This document shows positions 12,736 through 26,902 of a stretch of DNA of 64,000 nt, one piece after another. The notes under the pieces are model-generated. The model searched no databases. It was not told where the DNA came from and saw only the letters and a list, made by a program, of their open reading frames with translations. The translations under genes and the position numbers were made by a program. Within the stretch, counting starts at the first letter, position 1. The number at the start of each line of letters is the position of its first letter. This stretch comes from Dicyema japonicum (taxonomy: Eukaryota; Animalia; Dicyemida): the NCBI GenBank assembly GCA_011109175.1, contig RDEW01000015.1:266310-330309 (forward strand). Reading direction: 5' to 3'.

Positions 12736-14539
12736 GTAACCACAACTTTGTCTACTGATTTCTTAATAAGCACACCCCAAAACAACGTTAGTAAAGTTAT
12801 CTCGCTTGTGTCACCCTCTCCTGGATGCGGTTTGTTAATCGCTTCCAGTTCCTCGATTGGTCCCTCAGGTGCTCAAGATCATCTGCCGACGTCAACCCTT
12901 TACCAATCGAAGTTAGGTCTTGATGTAGAAGGGTTGGTAGGGTTGAGGTTGGTGACGCATCTCAAATTGCACTAATGTCTTTTTCACTCGTTTCAAACTG
13001 ATTTCTTGAAAATAGAAAACAACTATTCATACGTTTTTATAATCTTCCTTAATAATATGCACTTTCACAGATACTGAGCACAGATTTTATGCTCTTCAAC
13101 ACAATCTATCGATACTAGTATTTTGGTGCAACTGGAGTCTTTATCGACACTGTTAAAGACTTTTAGTACTCATCTTGGAAGAGGATTTGGAAAGATGTTT
13201 GGGATGATCATATTAAAATTTAAGATCAAGGTATTCAATTCTTTTAGAAAATCTAGTAAACTAAAATTAACTAAAAACCCACGTGAGTACAATCCCATAC
13301 TCCATAAAAGCATAAGTTCTGAACCTCTGATGGAAATAGTACCACTAAGACTGAAGCAGTCTTCGTTTCCTCGTATCCCATATGTAAATAATAAAACATC
13401 TTCACCCTAGAAAAGGTAATCCACATATTATCATGCTTATTGACAGATCGAAATATGCTATTTAGTATTCCAGCTGCTTGCATTGTGCAATAACTAGGAA
13501 AAGTCTAATCAATGGTCACTCAATGCAACAGATTGCAATGAAGGTTCGATAAACTCATTGGTTACATTCATCTATTAATCCTATATATTCAGTCAATAGC
13601 ATACCGACTCTACAAAGACTCAAGCATATTCAGTCTTAGGTGTTAATATTTTCAATTTTTTAATTATTGAAGCCTTTCACGAAAATCCATGAAAATAAGG
13701 TTGTACTAATACAGCAATTTTAGTCATGGGTAATCGTAGGAGGTCAAATGACTATATAAATGTAGTCGACGTCAATTTTTGCCCAAAGTAGTCAAGGAAA
13801 TGTTTAAACTACCTTTAAAGATCAATCAAATTGATTAATGTAAGAATTGAGAGACCTATATTGACTATTAGTCAACAAAAACTTTTCTGACATCATCAAA
13901 GCCTTAGAAGCATCAACTTAATGACAAATTGACAGCATACTTTGATATAGAAGATATGAGACACTGCCTAATAGTTATAGTAAATCCTTTGGCACGGAAA
14001 GTGGTTATAGATTCGAGGAAGGGGTAAAGTTAGAAGGCCGATGACCCCCCTATAATAATGATTTCCAGATTATGATATATAATTTAACAGATGATTGACA
14101 AGGACTATCATATACAGAAACTGACAAATAGCAGTCACGTAAATGTAATTCTAATGATAAATGGCTAATTTGATTATTCATACTTTTATTAAATCGATAG
14201 TTTAATTAACAGTTTTCATACATCAATAGGGGACTCATTGTTATCACAAATTAAAAACTATTTACATTGATATCAAAAAAGGCCGTCTCCTAATAGCCCA
14301 CAAAAAACCCCACAAAAATATATATTGATTTTCGGGCGCATTTTTTAAATTTTTTGAGGTTACTAATTATCAAAGTAAATTTATTCTCATAAGTCTCCAA
14401 TTAACATTAATTATTTTATTATTAAAAATAAATAAATTTACATTTAATAATTAAAAAGACAATAAATAGTTAGATAATTTAAATACCAATCGCTTTTTCA
14501 TTAGTTTGCCTTTTTTTAATAAATCTAAGAAGTCACAAA

Positions 14540-17500
14540 ATGGTATTCTTCAAGTCAAGTCGACTGTTCAACGTCGGAGTTCACTACTTGGACGACAACA
14601 AATCGTACTTCCAAATGAAGGTACCGCGTCACAAATAATTGGTGCATAACTACAACATGCCTTATCGATTAAATATATCACACATTTTCTTATCAAACGC
14701 AGGCCAAGGCCCTCGGAAAGGAATTGTTTGAGTGTATCTGTCAGCTGCTGGGGTTGGAAGAGAGGGACTACTTTGGTCTCCAGTTCATCGATCGAAATGG
14801 AAATCTGGTTAATTGGCTTTAATTAGATATGCTGCTGTGCTTTTATTCCCACAAATTTACCACTAGGCATGGCTTGACAACGAAAAGAGTCTCCAACGAC
14901 AAATCTGGCACCTCAAAAACAGAGAACTCCTCTTCAGGGTCAAGTTCTACATCACTGACCCCTCCACCCTTGCAAACGAATACACTCGGTCACATTTTTC
15001 TTTACTGTAGGTATCTCTTTGCTCTCCAAATTGGTATTGATCTGAAAACTGGGTTTATCACTGGCTTGGAGACAGATCTGGCATGTATGATCTCTTACGT
15101 TTTGCAAGGTTTGGAAGATTTCAGTAAAAGTAGCTGATTTAGGGGACTATGATGATGAGAATGTAGCCAATATAGATTTAGCAGGTAGTCTCCCAGAGTG
15201 TAACGATCAAATTGAGGAGCAGACGATGGCCTTCTACAAGCAGAACCAGTAAGGAGAGTATTCAGATGTAGGGGAATGCTCAAATCTGAGGCCGACTTGA
15301 AACTATTGGAGAAAGCAAGGAAAATGCCCTCTTATGGAAAACGGTTCTATCCGTGCGAGGTAATGGGAATTGATAAGGTCAGAGTTCGTCTTTTGGGAGT
15401 AACCCACTGTGTATCTGCACTGACCACGTGGGAATATCTATTCATGAGGATGACGTCGAAGTGGCGGTCTTTGCATGGGAATCAATACATACTGTGTCCT
15501 TTAAAAAACGAAAACTGACTGTCCTGTATACTGTGTTTGGCCAGGTACCCCTTATAGATGATTTCTTAGAAGAAGGAATCCGAGTTCGTGTTTGAAGACG
15601 CTAACAAGTGCAGGGCCTATTGGAAGATTGTCTGGGAGAACCTCTCCTTCTACAAGGACGTTATCCAGCAGAAAAACAAGCGAGTTGGTCGTTCAAGTCT
15701 ATTTAAACGGGGATCACGGTTCCGTTACAGTGGGAGGACTCTGACTGCGATGATGCGTCTGGACACTGAGAAACCTCTTCAAAGTTTTGAAAGGTTTGGA
15801 ATTTGTGGAGACTGAAGGACTCATTCAAATCGAATCAGCATGAACAGACCAGCGAGGAAAACATACATTTCTACACCTTCTAAGGAAACGTGCAAGGACT
15901 TGCTTAATAATGACCACAATCTCGATTGGTCGAGACCACTAATTACTGAGCAGGAGATTGATGATATCCACGGTGCCTGCTTCGGGGACATACTTTGCGT
16001 GGATAACACGTTTATTTTACTTTTATGTTAGTCTCGAACAATCTGTACCTGAAGAGGATCCCAACGTTCGACCAATAAAGCGGTTTTTGCCGATGACTGA
16101 CCCAGTGGTCAATTTGAGCTCCAAACGGTCGATGTATTTGTCCTCAGCTACGAATCCGAGACAGGAACTTAACTCTTCTCGACCGATGGCCCTCAATAGA
16201 GTGGCATCACGTGGGTCGATGTGGTCGAAACGCAGATTAGTCAAGAGTGTTGTATTAATCCTGTAATTTGCAGTCCCAGTCGGAGATTCCGAGGATTTAC
16301 GAGATTATCACGGAACTTTATTCCGCGGAAAAGGTCTTATGTGAGGAATTGACAGCTATCGGAAAGGTTATTGACAGAAATATGCCAGTATTTCAGGAAT
16401 GCTGTTGAAAATGTATTGACTGAGCCTCGGCTTGATGAATTCACAGCTTCTGTAGTGTCTCTTATGGAACAACACGTTCGTCTGAAATCCCTCCTGACGA
16501 CTAGTTTGGACCAAATGTTTTTTTAGACTGATTTTTAGCCACGTGGAAAAGCTGCTGAGTTATGTTTCCCTCTTTTTTGTGGAAATTTTCGACTCTTTTT
16601 ATGTTGGCTTGGTTTTGATTGTAGATTTACGAACAATATTTGTCCTCTTGTGACGTTCGGATGAGATCCCTGATGGCTGAGATGGCTGAGAACGGCCCAT
16701 TTTCTACTGAGTGTGCCATCTTCGAAAGTCAGATGTATTCTTCCGTTATACGGCTCTTCCTTCGGCCGATCCAGCAACTGTATTACTACCAGCTGATCCT
16801 CGATGGTTCGACTTGTGCTAATTTCAGCCATTTCTGGCACTTCAATGACGGATGAGAATCACGATTTATTCAACTGTAGTCATAAATGTGATATTTAGCC
16901 ATGTCTACGAAATTAAGCTGTCTTTTGGAGAAGAACGACTCGAGGATACAGAACACTGTGATTTTGTAGCCTTAAGATTAGGTTGAGATGATTTGCCTGT
17001 ACGAATTGGCCTCCTTCATTGATGAGTCTGACTTTATAGTGGGGAATAATCAGAAGTTGGTGAGAATGGGAGTACTTAAGGTTAATTCTTCTGAAAGATT
17101 GGCTGTTTTGGTTAGTACTGTGGGTTATTTTAGCTGTCTGATGTAATTGTATTCTGTGAGCCTGTGTCTGGATTGGAATCGTTTTCCTTGACGAACAAGC
17201 AGAATCTACGAAACCTGGAGGTTGTTTGATGTGTTTATGGCAGAAAGTAAACGTTGAGAATGGATGCTTCTTCGTCCTTAGGAATGGGATTGATGAACTC
17301 CTCGTGGAGACTCAGTTTAGTTTGTGATTTGACTAAGAACTATCGAGGACAAGCACTCGTGGGTGGCCGATATTAACAATCTTCTAATTGACTTTTCAGA
17401 TTTTTCGGAAGAGGAGCCATTAGGTTATTTGGTTTTCTTAGATCAGGAAATTTGGATTCTGTGCACTTCCCTCGAGCGGTTCTCTCCATTATTTGGAAGT

Positions 17501-17933
17501 ATAGGATATGCTCACTTGGATTCTCTGATTTGTTTAACTTTTTTAAGGTGTTTTTGTATGTTATTTAAGGTGACCTTCTCTGGGCCCGTCTCCAGACAAA
17601 CGAAGCTGTCGAAACAGCGGTTTTTCATTGTCCTGAATAATTTGTGCCTTTACTTCTTTACTGATTACTACTCAACGAATGGGGTTGTTGTTGAGTTTAC
17701 TTGCAGCAAGCACTGCCTGAATGTAAGCACGTGATGTGCATCCTTTCGTCTGAGATATCAATGTCATCTGTGCCGGGCGATGACGAAACGGGGGAGAAGG
17801 ATAAGTATCAGTTTATTGTAAAGGTGAACCAAACTACAATGACTTTGATAACAGAGAGCAGGTATTATCAGAACAGGTGGATGTGTTTGTGACTGTTAGA
17901 TGGGCTGTGTCAATTGAGTCTCTCTCTGTCTAA
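14540..17933 (+). CDS. FARP: FERM, ARH/RhoGEF and pleckstrin domain protein (FARP/CDEP), about 20 mostly 21-27-nt introns
   Basis: Manual GT-AG splicing gives a continuous protein: FERM (RDYFGLQF, AWLD, FRVKFY.TDP), FERM-adjacent (LFKRGSRFRYSGRT), DH (FESQMYSSVIRLFLRPIQQLYYYQLIL), PH1, and PH2 (FIVLNNLCLYFF...ESRYYQNRWAVSI*). Confidence 0.9.
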
Positions 17934-18559
17934 TTTAATCTAATCGAAATATTATTTTCAGTTGACATTTTTAAATTGCAGTAATTTCTGTTTAAACTAA
18001 TCATTTTAATTCTCAATCAATAAGCATTTAATTTGGTTATAGAAAATAGTGCCTGAATTAATTATCCTTTGTCTAAATAAAAATTAATGACAGAAAATGA
18101 TAAATTTGACAGGAATTTATGAATCGATTTGGTAACAATGTTGTGCGTTATATCAAAACTTAACTTTTAATCTCTTTTGATTATGTCATCTTATTTTAAT
18201 TCTGTTCTTGATGTCCCGAGAATTCAGTTATACAAGACTGTATGTCTTTATGCTAAGAGATTTAAAAATGTCCTGGTTAATCTGCTCTTCCTGTGGATCA
18301 TCTATATGCGTACAAACTTGAGATATTCAAGAGTTCAATGGGATTATTGGTAGCATCACTATTATAAGAGAATTTGAGTCTACGTTATCGTCGTCCTCAA
18401 AACATTTTATTTTGGTTATTACTGAATACTGTTTTTGTAATAATTTGATCACTTAGAGTTTTCATGATTTTATTTCTGAATTTGTATTGGAACCAATTGT
18501 TATCCCATGATTAGAAAAAGTGGAACCAATTTGTTCCTCCATTGTGCAATTTTAAACTC

Positions 18560-18960
18560 AAAAGGAAGAAAGCCTACCATGCGCTATTGTGTATGAGGAA
18601 ATTGAGACTCGAAACGGATATGGGTTTATTTATTTTTTTCACGTACAATCATTCCATAACTCCTTTATGGACTGGAAGGATGGTATTACACTACATACAA
18701 AGAGCGTTTTATCTTGCTTCTTGAAAAATCAAGGAGAGCAGGGATCAAGATTGCCCTACACAAAAGGATCGACGAGAAGCTAGATGAAGATGAAAATTTG
18801 CTAGTAATGTCGATAAGAAATGCAGCAAAAAAAAGTATGGAAAACTACCTAAAAAAGAAATGCCATCATTAACTAGTATGTTGCAGCACAGAATAAACGA
18901 TAAGAGGGGTCTGAGAGCGCAGAGAAGAGTCCAAGCGTTTGCAGGACTTAGGGCATGAAG
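18560..18960 (+). mobile_element. Probable RTE-like LINE relic
   Basis: Short broken ORFs (YEEIETRNGYGF; RNAAKK..GK.PKK) resembling RTE APE and linker regions. Weak. Confidence 0.3.
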
Positions 18961-19501
18961 GGAACTAACTCCCTCTTATTTTCCTTGCTAATAAAGTTGT
19001 TAAAGTTAAATTGAGCGCATTTCCTTGCAAATCCTCAGGGATATGCTTTCTCAATTATGAGAGCAGCCAGTATTTGTTAACTATTTTTTTAAATTTATTT
19101 TGGTATAAAATGAAAAATTATTCTTTGAAGTACGTTGAATCATTTTCTACTTCACATTGACTGTCCAAATGGCGATTCTTCCAAACTGTGGAAACTGAAG
19201 AAATACTCGGACTTTGGAGATAGTTTCTGATTCATCCTAATCGCCTTCCCAACCTCTCTAACAGTTGGGAGAATGGTCAAAAGAGTAGTCAAGGAAATTG
19301 GAAAAACAATACTCGCAATCCGTAATGGTTTTCACAGAGCCCTGGTATGGCCATTGTATGGGGCACTCTCTACTGTCTCTTGGCAGCTGAAGCATGATTT
19401 GGTAGTAATGTCTTTGTTTCTGAATATTATTCTTTTATTTTACGTTTTATATTAATCCCACTTTATTAAACCAACAATAAAAAAGTTAATATATTTAATA
19501 C

Positions 19502-20340
19502 TTAACAACCTTCCTCGCCTGCCTGTTCGCCAGCCTCCTCAAGCAGGTTCGATTCTGGTTGCTGAAACAACTCCAAGAGCGCTTTGTCCAATTGACCCCT
19601 CTGCCCATATGGCATCTCAGGGCTCTGCTTCCCATACTCCAGTGTCAGGCTCTCTAGGGTCCGCTTTAACACAGTGGACTGTAGATAGGCCTGGAGCTTC
19701 CTATCTACCCCCAACCGCTTCAGATAACCCTTGTGGTACTTTGTTGCAATTCCTTCCCACGTCATTACTATAGGAATAACAACCAAGCATCTGCCCCATC
19801 TCGTTTGTAAGAAAGTCATACTTCCTTTTTTCTCCACCTCCACAGTCTGCAAACGGTCTTGAGACGTGATGCCAACCTCTATGATAAGGACTTGGCCAGA
19901 CTCCTTATTGTGTACCACAATGTCCGGTTTATTGTGCTTGACTAGCACCGAGGTACGGATAACACTGTCTACCTTAATTTGGACCCTGGTGTTCTCTACT
20001 ACAGATTGCACCTTATGAGTCCGCAACTTTCTGGTGTGGCGAATACCATACTTATTGCATAGTAGAAGATGAAGACTCCTTACTACCTCGTTGTGCCTTC
20101 ACACATAGTCGTGGCAGAGCATGGATCCACATCGAGTGGCTAAATGATCAACCGGCATGCTCCTTGACTTACAGTGGGGACATGTATTTGTTGATCGACC
20201 CCAAAAAATATTGCGGTCTTGCATATTAGGATACGCTCACTTAGTTGGACTACTCCACACAGTCCACGGCCGAATTTATCACGGGGTAAATATAGTCTCT
20301 CCTTATTGGCTACCAGCACATGGACATGGTTCTCTCTGAG
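19502..20340 (-). mobile_element. R4/Dong-like non-LTR retrotransposon 3' part (CCHC finger + RLE)
   Basis: ORF 19502-20026 has HNKPDIVV, IIEVGIT, VEVEK and IPIVMTWEG. Upstream: VDHLATRC...DYV.RHNEV. Confidence 0.85.
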
Positions 20341-20889
20341 TTTTACGTTTTATTAAACTTATAATAATAGATATTTAAAAAATGTTATAATCAGTCGAAC
20401 AAATAACGGGCAACACCCTTAAAAAATACACGGGAAACATCAAGTAACGAACTTGACAATAAAATAATGAACTATTATGCACACAACATTCCTTATATAA
20501 ATTTGAAAGCCCTCCTCTCTCTATTAAACCCAAACATTCGTCTAATAATATCCTAGAATTTCTCCCTTCATATAATCAATATTCCTCCTTGGCGAAAATC
20601 TAAGAAAAACTAATTCTCAACATGCTCAGGCCATATCTTCCTTTGGCTTCCTTTCAGTGTTCTAGAAAATGACGTGAAAACACTAAAAAGGAATTGAAAT
20701 CCTGAGTTGGCCTATTGAAATATCTATTTAACAATCGTGTCTTTATGGGTTATAAGTATTGTGACTCTCGGAAAGTGCTTAATCGAAAACAAACTTAAAA
20801 ACTAATTACTATATTCAGTTTCGATGACCACAAAGAAATAAGGGAGCTAAACCCAGTAGAATGGGAAAATGATGCTTTTTGGTGTCCCG

Positions 20890-21360
20890 GGATCATCTAG
20901 AAAAAAAGACAGAAATAACGTAAAATGGTTAGGTGATCCAAGTTCCCGAATTAAATAGCGTTTGTAGTCTCTTATTGTTTCTACTATATAACAAGAGTAA
21001 CTCATTCCTGCAGAGGAATCCGATTAAAGATGAGAACTTTTGACTAATCAATTTTCTGATAAAGACAGACGGGTTTCCATCTTCCTCACAGACGCGGAAG
21101 AATCCGGATCGACGTCTACGGGTCGTAGTTTTTGTAAGTAGAAGAGCGATTGATGATCCGGTTTGTTTGCCCAGTATACGAGTAGATGTTCGATGAAGGG
21201 AGTTGGTCCTCAAAACAAATGCACGAACAATTTTCATCTTCTGTAGACTTTAGATGAAGACATGTTTGCATGGGAGGCGAAATTCAAAACTAGTCGTATG
21301 TCATTCCAAGAACTGAGGGAGAACTTGTATCTGAACGGATCGGATGAAAATTATAACGCC
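20890..21360 (-). repeat. Unclassified repeat family copy
   Basis: ORF 20929-21237 (RRRSGFFRVCEEDG...KFSSLIGFLCRNE...GTWIT*) aligns with 4021-4275 and has a similar 3' tail. Confidence 0.6.
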
Positions 21361-21539
21361 TAACCAAAAGAAAACAGAAAAACTAATAAATGTAAAATAC
21401 TAAGATTAATGTTATTTTTAACTAACAGAATTTTATAGATTCGAAAATGAATTTTTGTGCTTATTGTTAGCAAAATGTGTTAGCTACTTCTTCCGAATTA
21501 AGTTTTAAATAAATAATTGAGACTCACAAACTCAATTCG

Positions 21540-21870
21540 ATATACCGGAAAACTATTCCTGTGATAGGCCCTCATATTGGATCAACATCCCCTACTCATG
21601 GAAGAAACGACCCGTAATCAAGGATCCAGATTTCTTTGGTCTGTTGAGGAGGATAGAAACTCACATCGCCTGTCCATTTCCAAGAAAAATTAAAACCGAT
21701 TGGTTAACAAGTGCCATTCCTCAATCGGATTCCTCTGTAGGGATGAGAAAAGGCTCTTTCGTAAGGTAGTGGGAACAATGGGAGACCACAGGCTCGATTG
21801 ATTACGGGAACTGGAATTACCTAATGGTCTGACGTTTTCTCGGTGATCCCAGGGTTCTAAATAAATAAAA
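21540..21870 (+). repeat. Unclassified repeat family copy
   Basis: Translates to HPLLMEETTR...SSIGFLCRDEKRLFRKVVG. Tail GGTGATCCCAGGGTTCTAAATAAATAAAA. Confidence 0.6.
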
Positions 21871-22789
21871 AGTGCACTAAGTTCTGGACCAAAAACCAGG
21901 AGGTCTCAATTCGAATATCGCTTCTGTCCATTCGGTAAAAGGCTCCACGAATATACGATGCTTCTGGATTGACAAGTGATGCCATCATCAGTGTTTCATC
22001 ACTGCAGAACCTTCTGGGACTCATAGACAAACAAAAAGAAAAGAAAGAAGAGTCATAAATATTTTTGATGTCTTGGATAAATTAGCATAACTATTCTTAC
22101 TTCTTAGTGTGAGTTCTGCCTAAGGTGAGCTCTAACTAATGGAAACATTGCTACTCTTTGGCTGAAGGGCTATTATATATTTACAGCATTAAATGGCCGA
22201 CAATCTCAATTAATTAAGATATTGTGCTAAAAAGAGGGGACCTAGGATGAGACTGGTACTAATGGTAGTTGGCACAGAGAACCTTAGTTGACTTTTTGTT
22301 TTTATGTTTTGTTGGCGGTTCTGATAATAATAATATTAGCAACATAAATCATATTGACTATCATCGTATATATGCAGACGAATGATCCCCCATTTCTGCC
22401 AGTTTTAGTCGGACGAGATTCGAACCTATATCCTACCTCCATCCGACATTTTCTTTGTTCAGAAAATCGGGTTTCCGATATCTCCTGAGTTTGTCTTAGT
22501 GCAATAGAAGTACGTCACCACCTCAAGCTTACCACCAATTGACCACTCAACTAACTGGTTTTATGTATAACAGGATGAAAACTGAGATACCTTTCATTAA
22601 GGTTGGAATATTTCACAGGTTCGTTCTAAACAAGCTGAGTAGTATGACCTTCTTATTGTGGAGCTATCCCTTCTTTGCGACTCCCAAATGAAGATTAACA
22701 AATATAATTGATCCCTTTTTCAAGATCTATTAACATTCCTACGGTCCCTCGGAAATGTATCCGAGAGTGTCGAGAGTGAAAAACTCCAT

Positions 22790-23080
22790 CGATGTAACCT
22801 TTTTTATGACCAATTGACTTTCTTACGATCCCTCAGAAATGTCTCCGAAATCGTCGACGAGGAACCTCATGACCAATCGGCTTTCTTCTGCATGGGAGAC
22901 TGTGTTAATAAAATGATCTCCTACTTCTTTACAAAAAGGCAGGAAACCACAACTGTCTTTCCTCTGAGATTCCTTTGAAAGAATCGGGTAGGGCTCTCTG
23001 AAATAACAAGTATTGTGCTCTTTTCTAGATCGAGTTTATTTTCTCAATGTCGAGTAGGAAAGGACAAACTTACATATGGG
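22790..23080 (-). repeat. Diverged copy of the unclassified repeat family
   Basis: Translates to PFLLDIEK...CGFLPFCKEVG...SHAEESRLVMRF, compared with TGFPRVWKEEG...SNAKESRSVMKF at 4021. Confidence 0.45.
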
Positions 23081-23893
23081 GCGACAATCGCGTGATGAGA
23101 AGGAACCCTTTTTTACTTTCAAAATATTTCACTTTCGAAGCCCCTTAGTTTCTTCAATATGTGTGTTAATAACGTGTCATACGTGACTCCAAGTATCATT
23201 AGCAATTATGGAAACTGAAAATCGGATAATCCGACTCGCAGTCTTTTTCCTCCTCGACAACCACAAAATGGGAGATCTTCTCTTATTCTAGCCTGAATCC
23301 ATGCTGGATCACCTGGATTCATTTCTGAGAATTTCACAAAAGCAGTTATTTTTATTTAGTCACTGGAAAGGAGGTAAATAAATTATGCTAGCTATAATCC
23401 TATACAAGGGGTCTCAAGTCTGATCATTCAAGTTATTTCCAACGACAACATCAGGGAATCAAAACTGATGTTTTTAGTTCTCCATTTAGTCAGCTCACAT
23501 GAGAAACCAAGAAGTTAAGGATGATCCCACAATAAGAACTTGAATATTTTCCGAGAGAGCCACATTACCATTTCAACCATATTGAGAATTATTTCAATGA
23601 GTTTAAAAAATAATTATATATAACCTCAGACAAATAGATAAGGAAGATGTAAACCAACTGATTTAATATATCCAGTTCTCACAATCGTCACACCAAAAGT
23701 TCCTATATCCATTCATATAAACGTCCAGCACATAACATTTGCGGGAATCATGGAATGGAAAAAATAAAATAATCCCTTTTGGTGCTACCCTGCCACTAAA
23801 CGCACCAACACATGTGGACCACAATTCGCTATTATTATAATTTGACCGAATAGTCAGAGGGAATCGAAAAATAACTTAATTATTTCTAAATAT

Positions 23894-24060
23894 TTGACAT
23901 TTACAAGTGGAGTCTTTGGGTCCAAGACGGTTTCTTTTCTAAGATCGCTTTGGTCAATAGTTTCTAAAGTCAGAAACGAGCGTCGGGAAGGCGAATGGTT
24001 GTTCCAAAGGATTTCTATGGCATTTGTGGGAGGAAGAGCCATTCCATTATATCAGCTGGA
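23894..24060 (+). mobile_element. CRE-like retrotransposon 3' fragment
   Basis: GVFGSKTVSFL...EGEWLFQRISMAFVGG is an RLE C-terminus. Confidence 0.6.
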
Positions 24061-24362
24061 TTATTTTGATTGTCTTGTTTTCTTAATTTACTATAAAATT
24101 GTATTTAAATATAACAAAATGCGAAAAACGGAAATATCAAATACTTAATTATGCATAAACTCACCTTATAGACGATTAAATCATTTAAATTCCGATGGAC
24201 AGAGAGTGGTACATAAAATACTGGTATACGTTTCGCAAAATAGATTACAAGGAAATAAAAAACGGTTGAATTTATGGAGTAATTATAAGAGCTCTCATCA
24301 GAATTTACGCAGCATACTGTCGGCAATGTGAGGTCTTTGGATTCTAGAATTAACAAACGCCA

Positions 24363-24734
24363 GTGGTACATCATGTTTTGGTGTGTGAAAAAATGAACAA
24401 CCGGGCTACAATTACACGTAAAAGCCATCCACGGCCAAGAAACAGAAAGCCAGAAATTCAGGACTCACATAATCGGCGCATGAATATTCCCAAAGAAAAC
24501 AAAAATATATCGCCTAATAAATGTAAAGTAGACAAATATACTAAACGTGATGTATTGGGAGAATTCAACGTACATCACGAATACATCGCTCGACGACCTG
24601 ATGAACTCAATCTAATTGTGGGAGATTGTATTGTAATATATGAAGCATTCGATGATGGATGGTGTTTGGGGTATTCTAAAAATACTAAATGCTATGGATT
24701 TCTGCCTGGAAATTTCATTAAACCAATTTTTTGA
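24363..24734 (+). CDS. SH3-domain protein, probably a terminal exon; 5' structure unresolved
   Basis: HEYIARRPDELNLIVGDCIVIYEAFDDGWCLG....CYGFLPGNFI is a canonical SH3 fold. Confidence 0.75.
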   Translation: MVHHVLVCEKMNNRATITRKSHPRPRNRKPEIQDSHNRRMNIPKENKNISPNKCKVDKYTKRDVLGEFNVHHEYIARRPDELNLIVGDCIVIYEAFDDGWCLGYSKNTKCYGFLPGNFIKPIF

Positions 24735-26902
24735 GTTATTTGACTCATTTACATTATTTTTTGTAATAAAACCAATTAATTATCACCTTATTTACATTTT
24801 TATAATCATTTCTAATAAAGTTGGAAATTACCGTGGTGGTGTTTTCTCTAAACTTGTATCTTTTCCTCTTTATTAACAAAAATTAATATGATTAAAATGC
24901 CTTCTACCATAGTCCGCACATCAATTGAGTCTAAGTTAGTATCCAAGTTAAAAACAAGCATGTGAATAATTGGGGTTTCGGTTATTCTGTACTTTCTACT
25001 ATGATCCTTACTAGTTTCTTCCATCCTACTTTCTTCTTTGCTAGTTTCCGTATTTAATCAAAGTAATCCGTCATATTTAATTGCCCTCAAATTCCAGCAT
25101 AATCATGACCCATAAATAGAGCAAGTGGAATTCTAGACCATCCACGAATGCCCCCGCTAGTGTCACATAATTTGGTGTCTAAATTTCGCACCCTAAAATT
25201 AGATTAATCATACTAAATTAATCACTTTCAAACTCTGGCTTGCTAACTTTCCTATCGGTGCGAGTCTTCCTTGGGAACATTTGATCAGTTTATTGTCTGA
25301 ACTGGTTGAACGAAAACCAGCTGATAACCATGATAAATCCGTTTCATCCTTATTCATATTGGACAAGAAAATGTCAAACACGTCAATTGAAATTGAAACA
25401 GATGGAAAACACTGTCAATTAAGAAATGAATCCTGGGAGTGATCTATGATGCGCATATTCGTTTCTTGTGGCATGTTGGAAATGTGTGTTACAAAATGTG
25501 AGAAAAAATCAACCTGAAAATCTTAACAAGCATATGGAAAACCGGTTCCCATTCAAAATGGACTCTTTCAAAATGGCCTCCATTCAAAACGGCCTCCAAT
25601 TAATTTTCTCTGGTTTTAGATAAGTTCATCAATAAACATCACGCAATATTTTAGCAAGGTCCTCGACATCTTTAGGTAAAAAAGTCATCTTTTTTAAATC
25701 TTATAAAGATTGATTTTAAAGGTCCTATGAGTAAGTAGTACATTTTGCCAAGGTCCTCGACATCTTTAGGTGAAAAAGTCAACATTTTTAAATCTTATAA
25801 AAATTGATTTTAAGGGGTCCTATGGGTATGTGGAACATTTTATCAAGGTCCTCGACATCTTTAGGTAAAAACAGTATTTTTTAATATTTTTATTTAACTT
25901 TAAAATGAAATATTTATTTTCAAAAGAAAAAAAGGAAAATGATTATAAATGTTAATAGAACACATATTCTACTAAATTGAATATATTTCTGTCGGATCCA
26001 TATTAAGTAATATTTGTTCTTCAACAAATCTCAATATATTCTCAGATAAAGCGATATATTTAGTTTTTCTATGAATTTTTTCTCCATTTTGTAATCTTAA
26101 GAATTTATCATTATGCCTTCTTCTTTTATCATTTTCTTTACAAAATTTCTTGGCATCTTTTTTAGTGTCCCAAATGTAATTCTAAAAACGTTTTGCCAGT
26201 CTTCAATTGAGTAAGTTGTCCGTGGTATGTCCTCATAAATTATCCAGATTATTCCAATGATTAAATGTAAATCTCGAATTTAATTCATTTTTTTGATTTC
26301 CGATTTAATTGATCAAAAAATATTAATATACAAGATTTAGAATCGAAAGATAATCTGATCTCGACACTATCTGATCAAAAGTGTTCTTTACAGTACGTGT
26401 AAGCATAAGTGAGAGGAATTTCAACAGTTTTACAAATCTATAGTTAATTCTAAATCACATTTAACCTATTTATATCTTCATTCTTTATGTCGTTTAAAAT
26501 TCCTAATTCCAATATTTTTTGTTAATATTTTGTCATAGATGGAACATGCAGCAATTTACTTGTGCGTTTGGAAATGATTTTTAAAAAAGTTTATTGCTCC
26601 TATTTCAAAACCTCTGACAATAACTCTTGGTTCTAAATCCGGAGTGAGACGTTTAATTATTAGAAAAATTCTAATAAAAAAATTATTAGAAGCATTGTGT
26701 CATATTCATTTTCAGTTTTTGATGTTAAAAGACAGAATATTATTGGAATTACATGGTGATTAATAGGGCAATTTAAGTGCTAAAATGCTATTTTTTATAC
26801 TTTTTAAATATACAATTGAATTTGGAATAATATTTTTTAATTTTGTTAAAAAAACATACATTATAAATGCTATAAGTGCTATTTTTAATTTTAAATGCTA
26901 AC

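Noticed and set aside
17363-17734. Single long FARP exon, or non-canonical introns, implied by the ORF track
   Set aside because: Canonical 23-nt and 22-nt introns with a frame change give a better FARP-like sequence (IIWKYRICS...VTFSG).
24950-25480. Minus-strand gene with a possible GA-AG 21-nt intron
   Set aside because: No recognisable homology anchors the frame, and the downstream junctions do not resolve.
25600-25870. CRISPR-like repeat-spacer array
   Set aside because: The inter-repeat segments are similar to each other, the context is eukaryotic, and the array lies inside a MULE arm.
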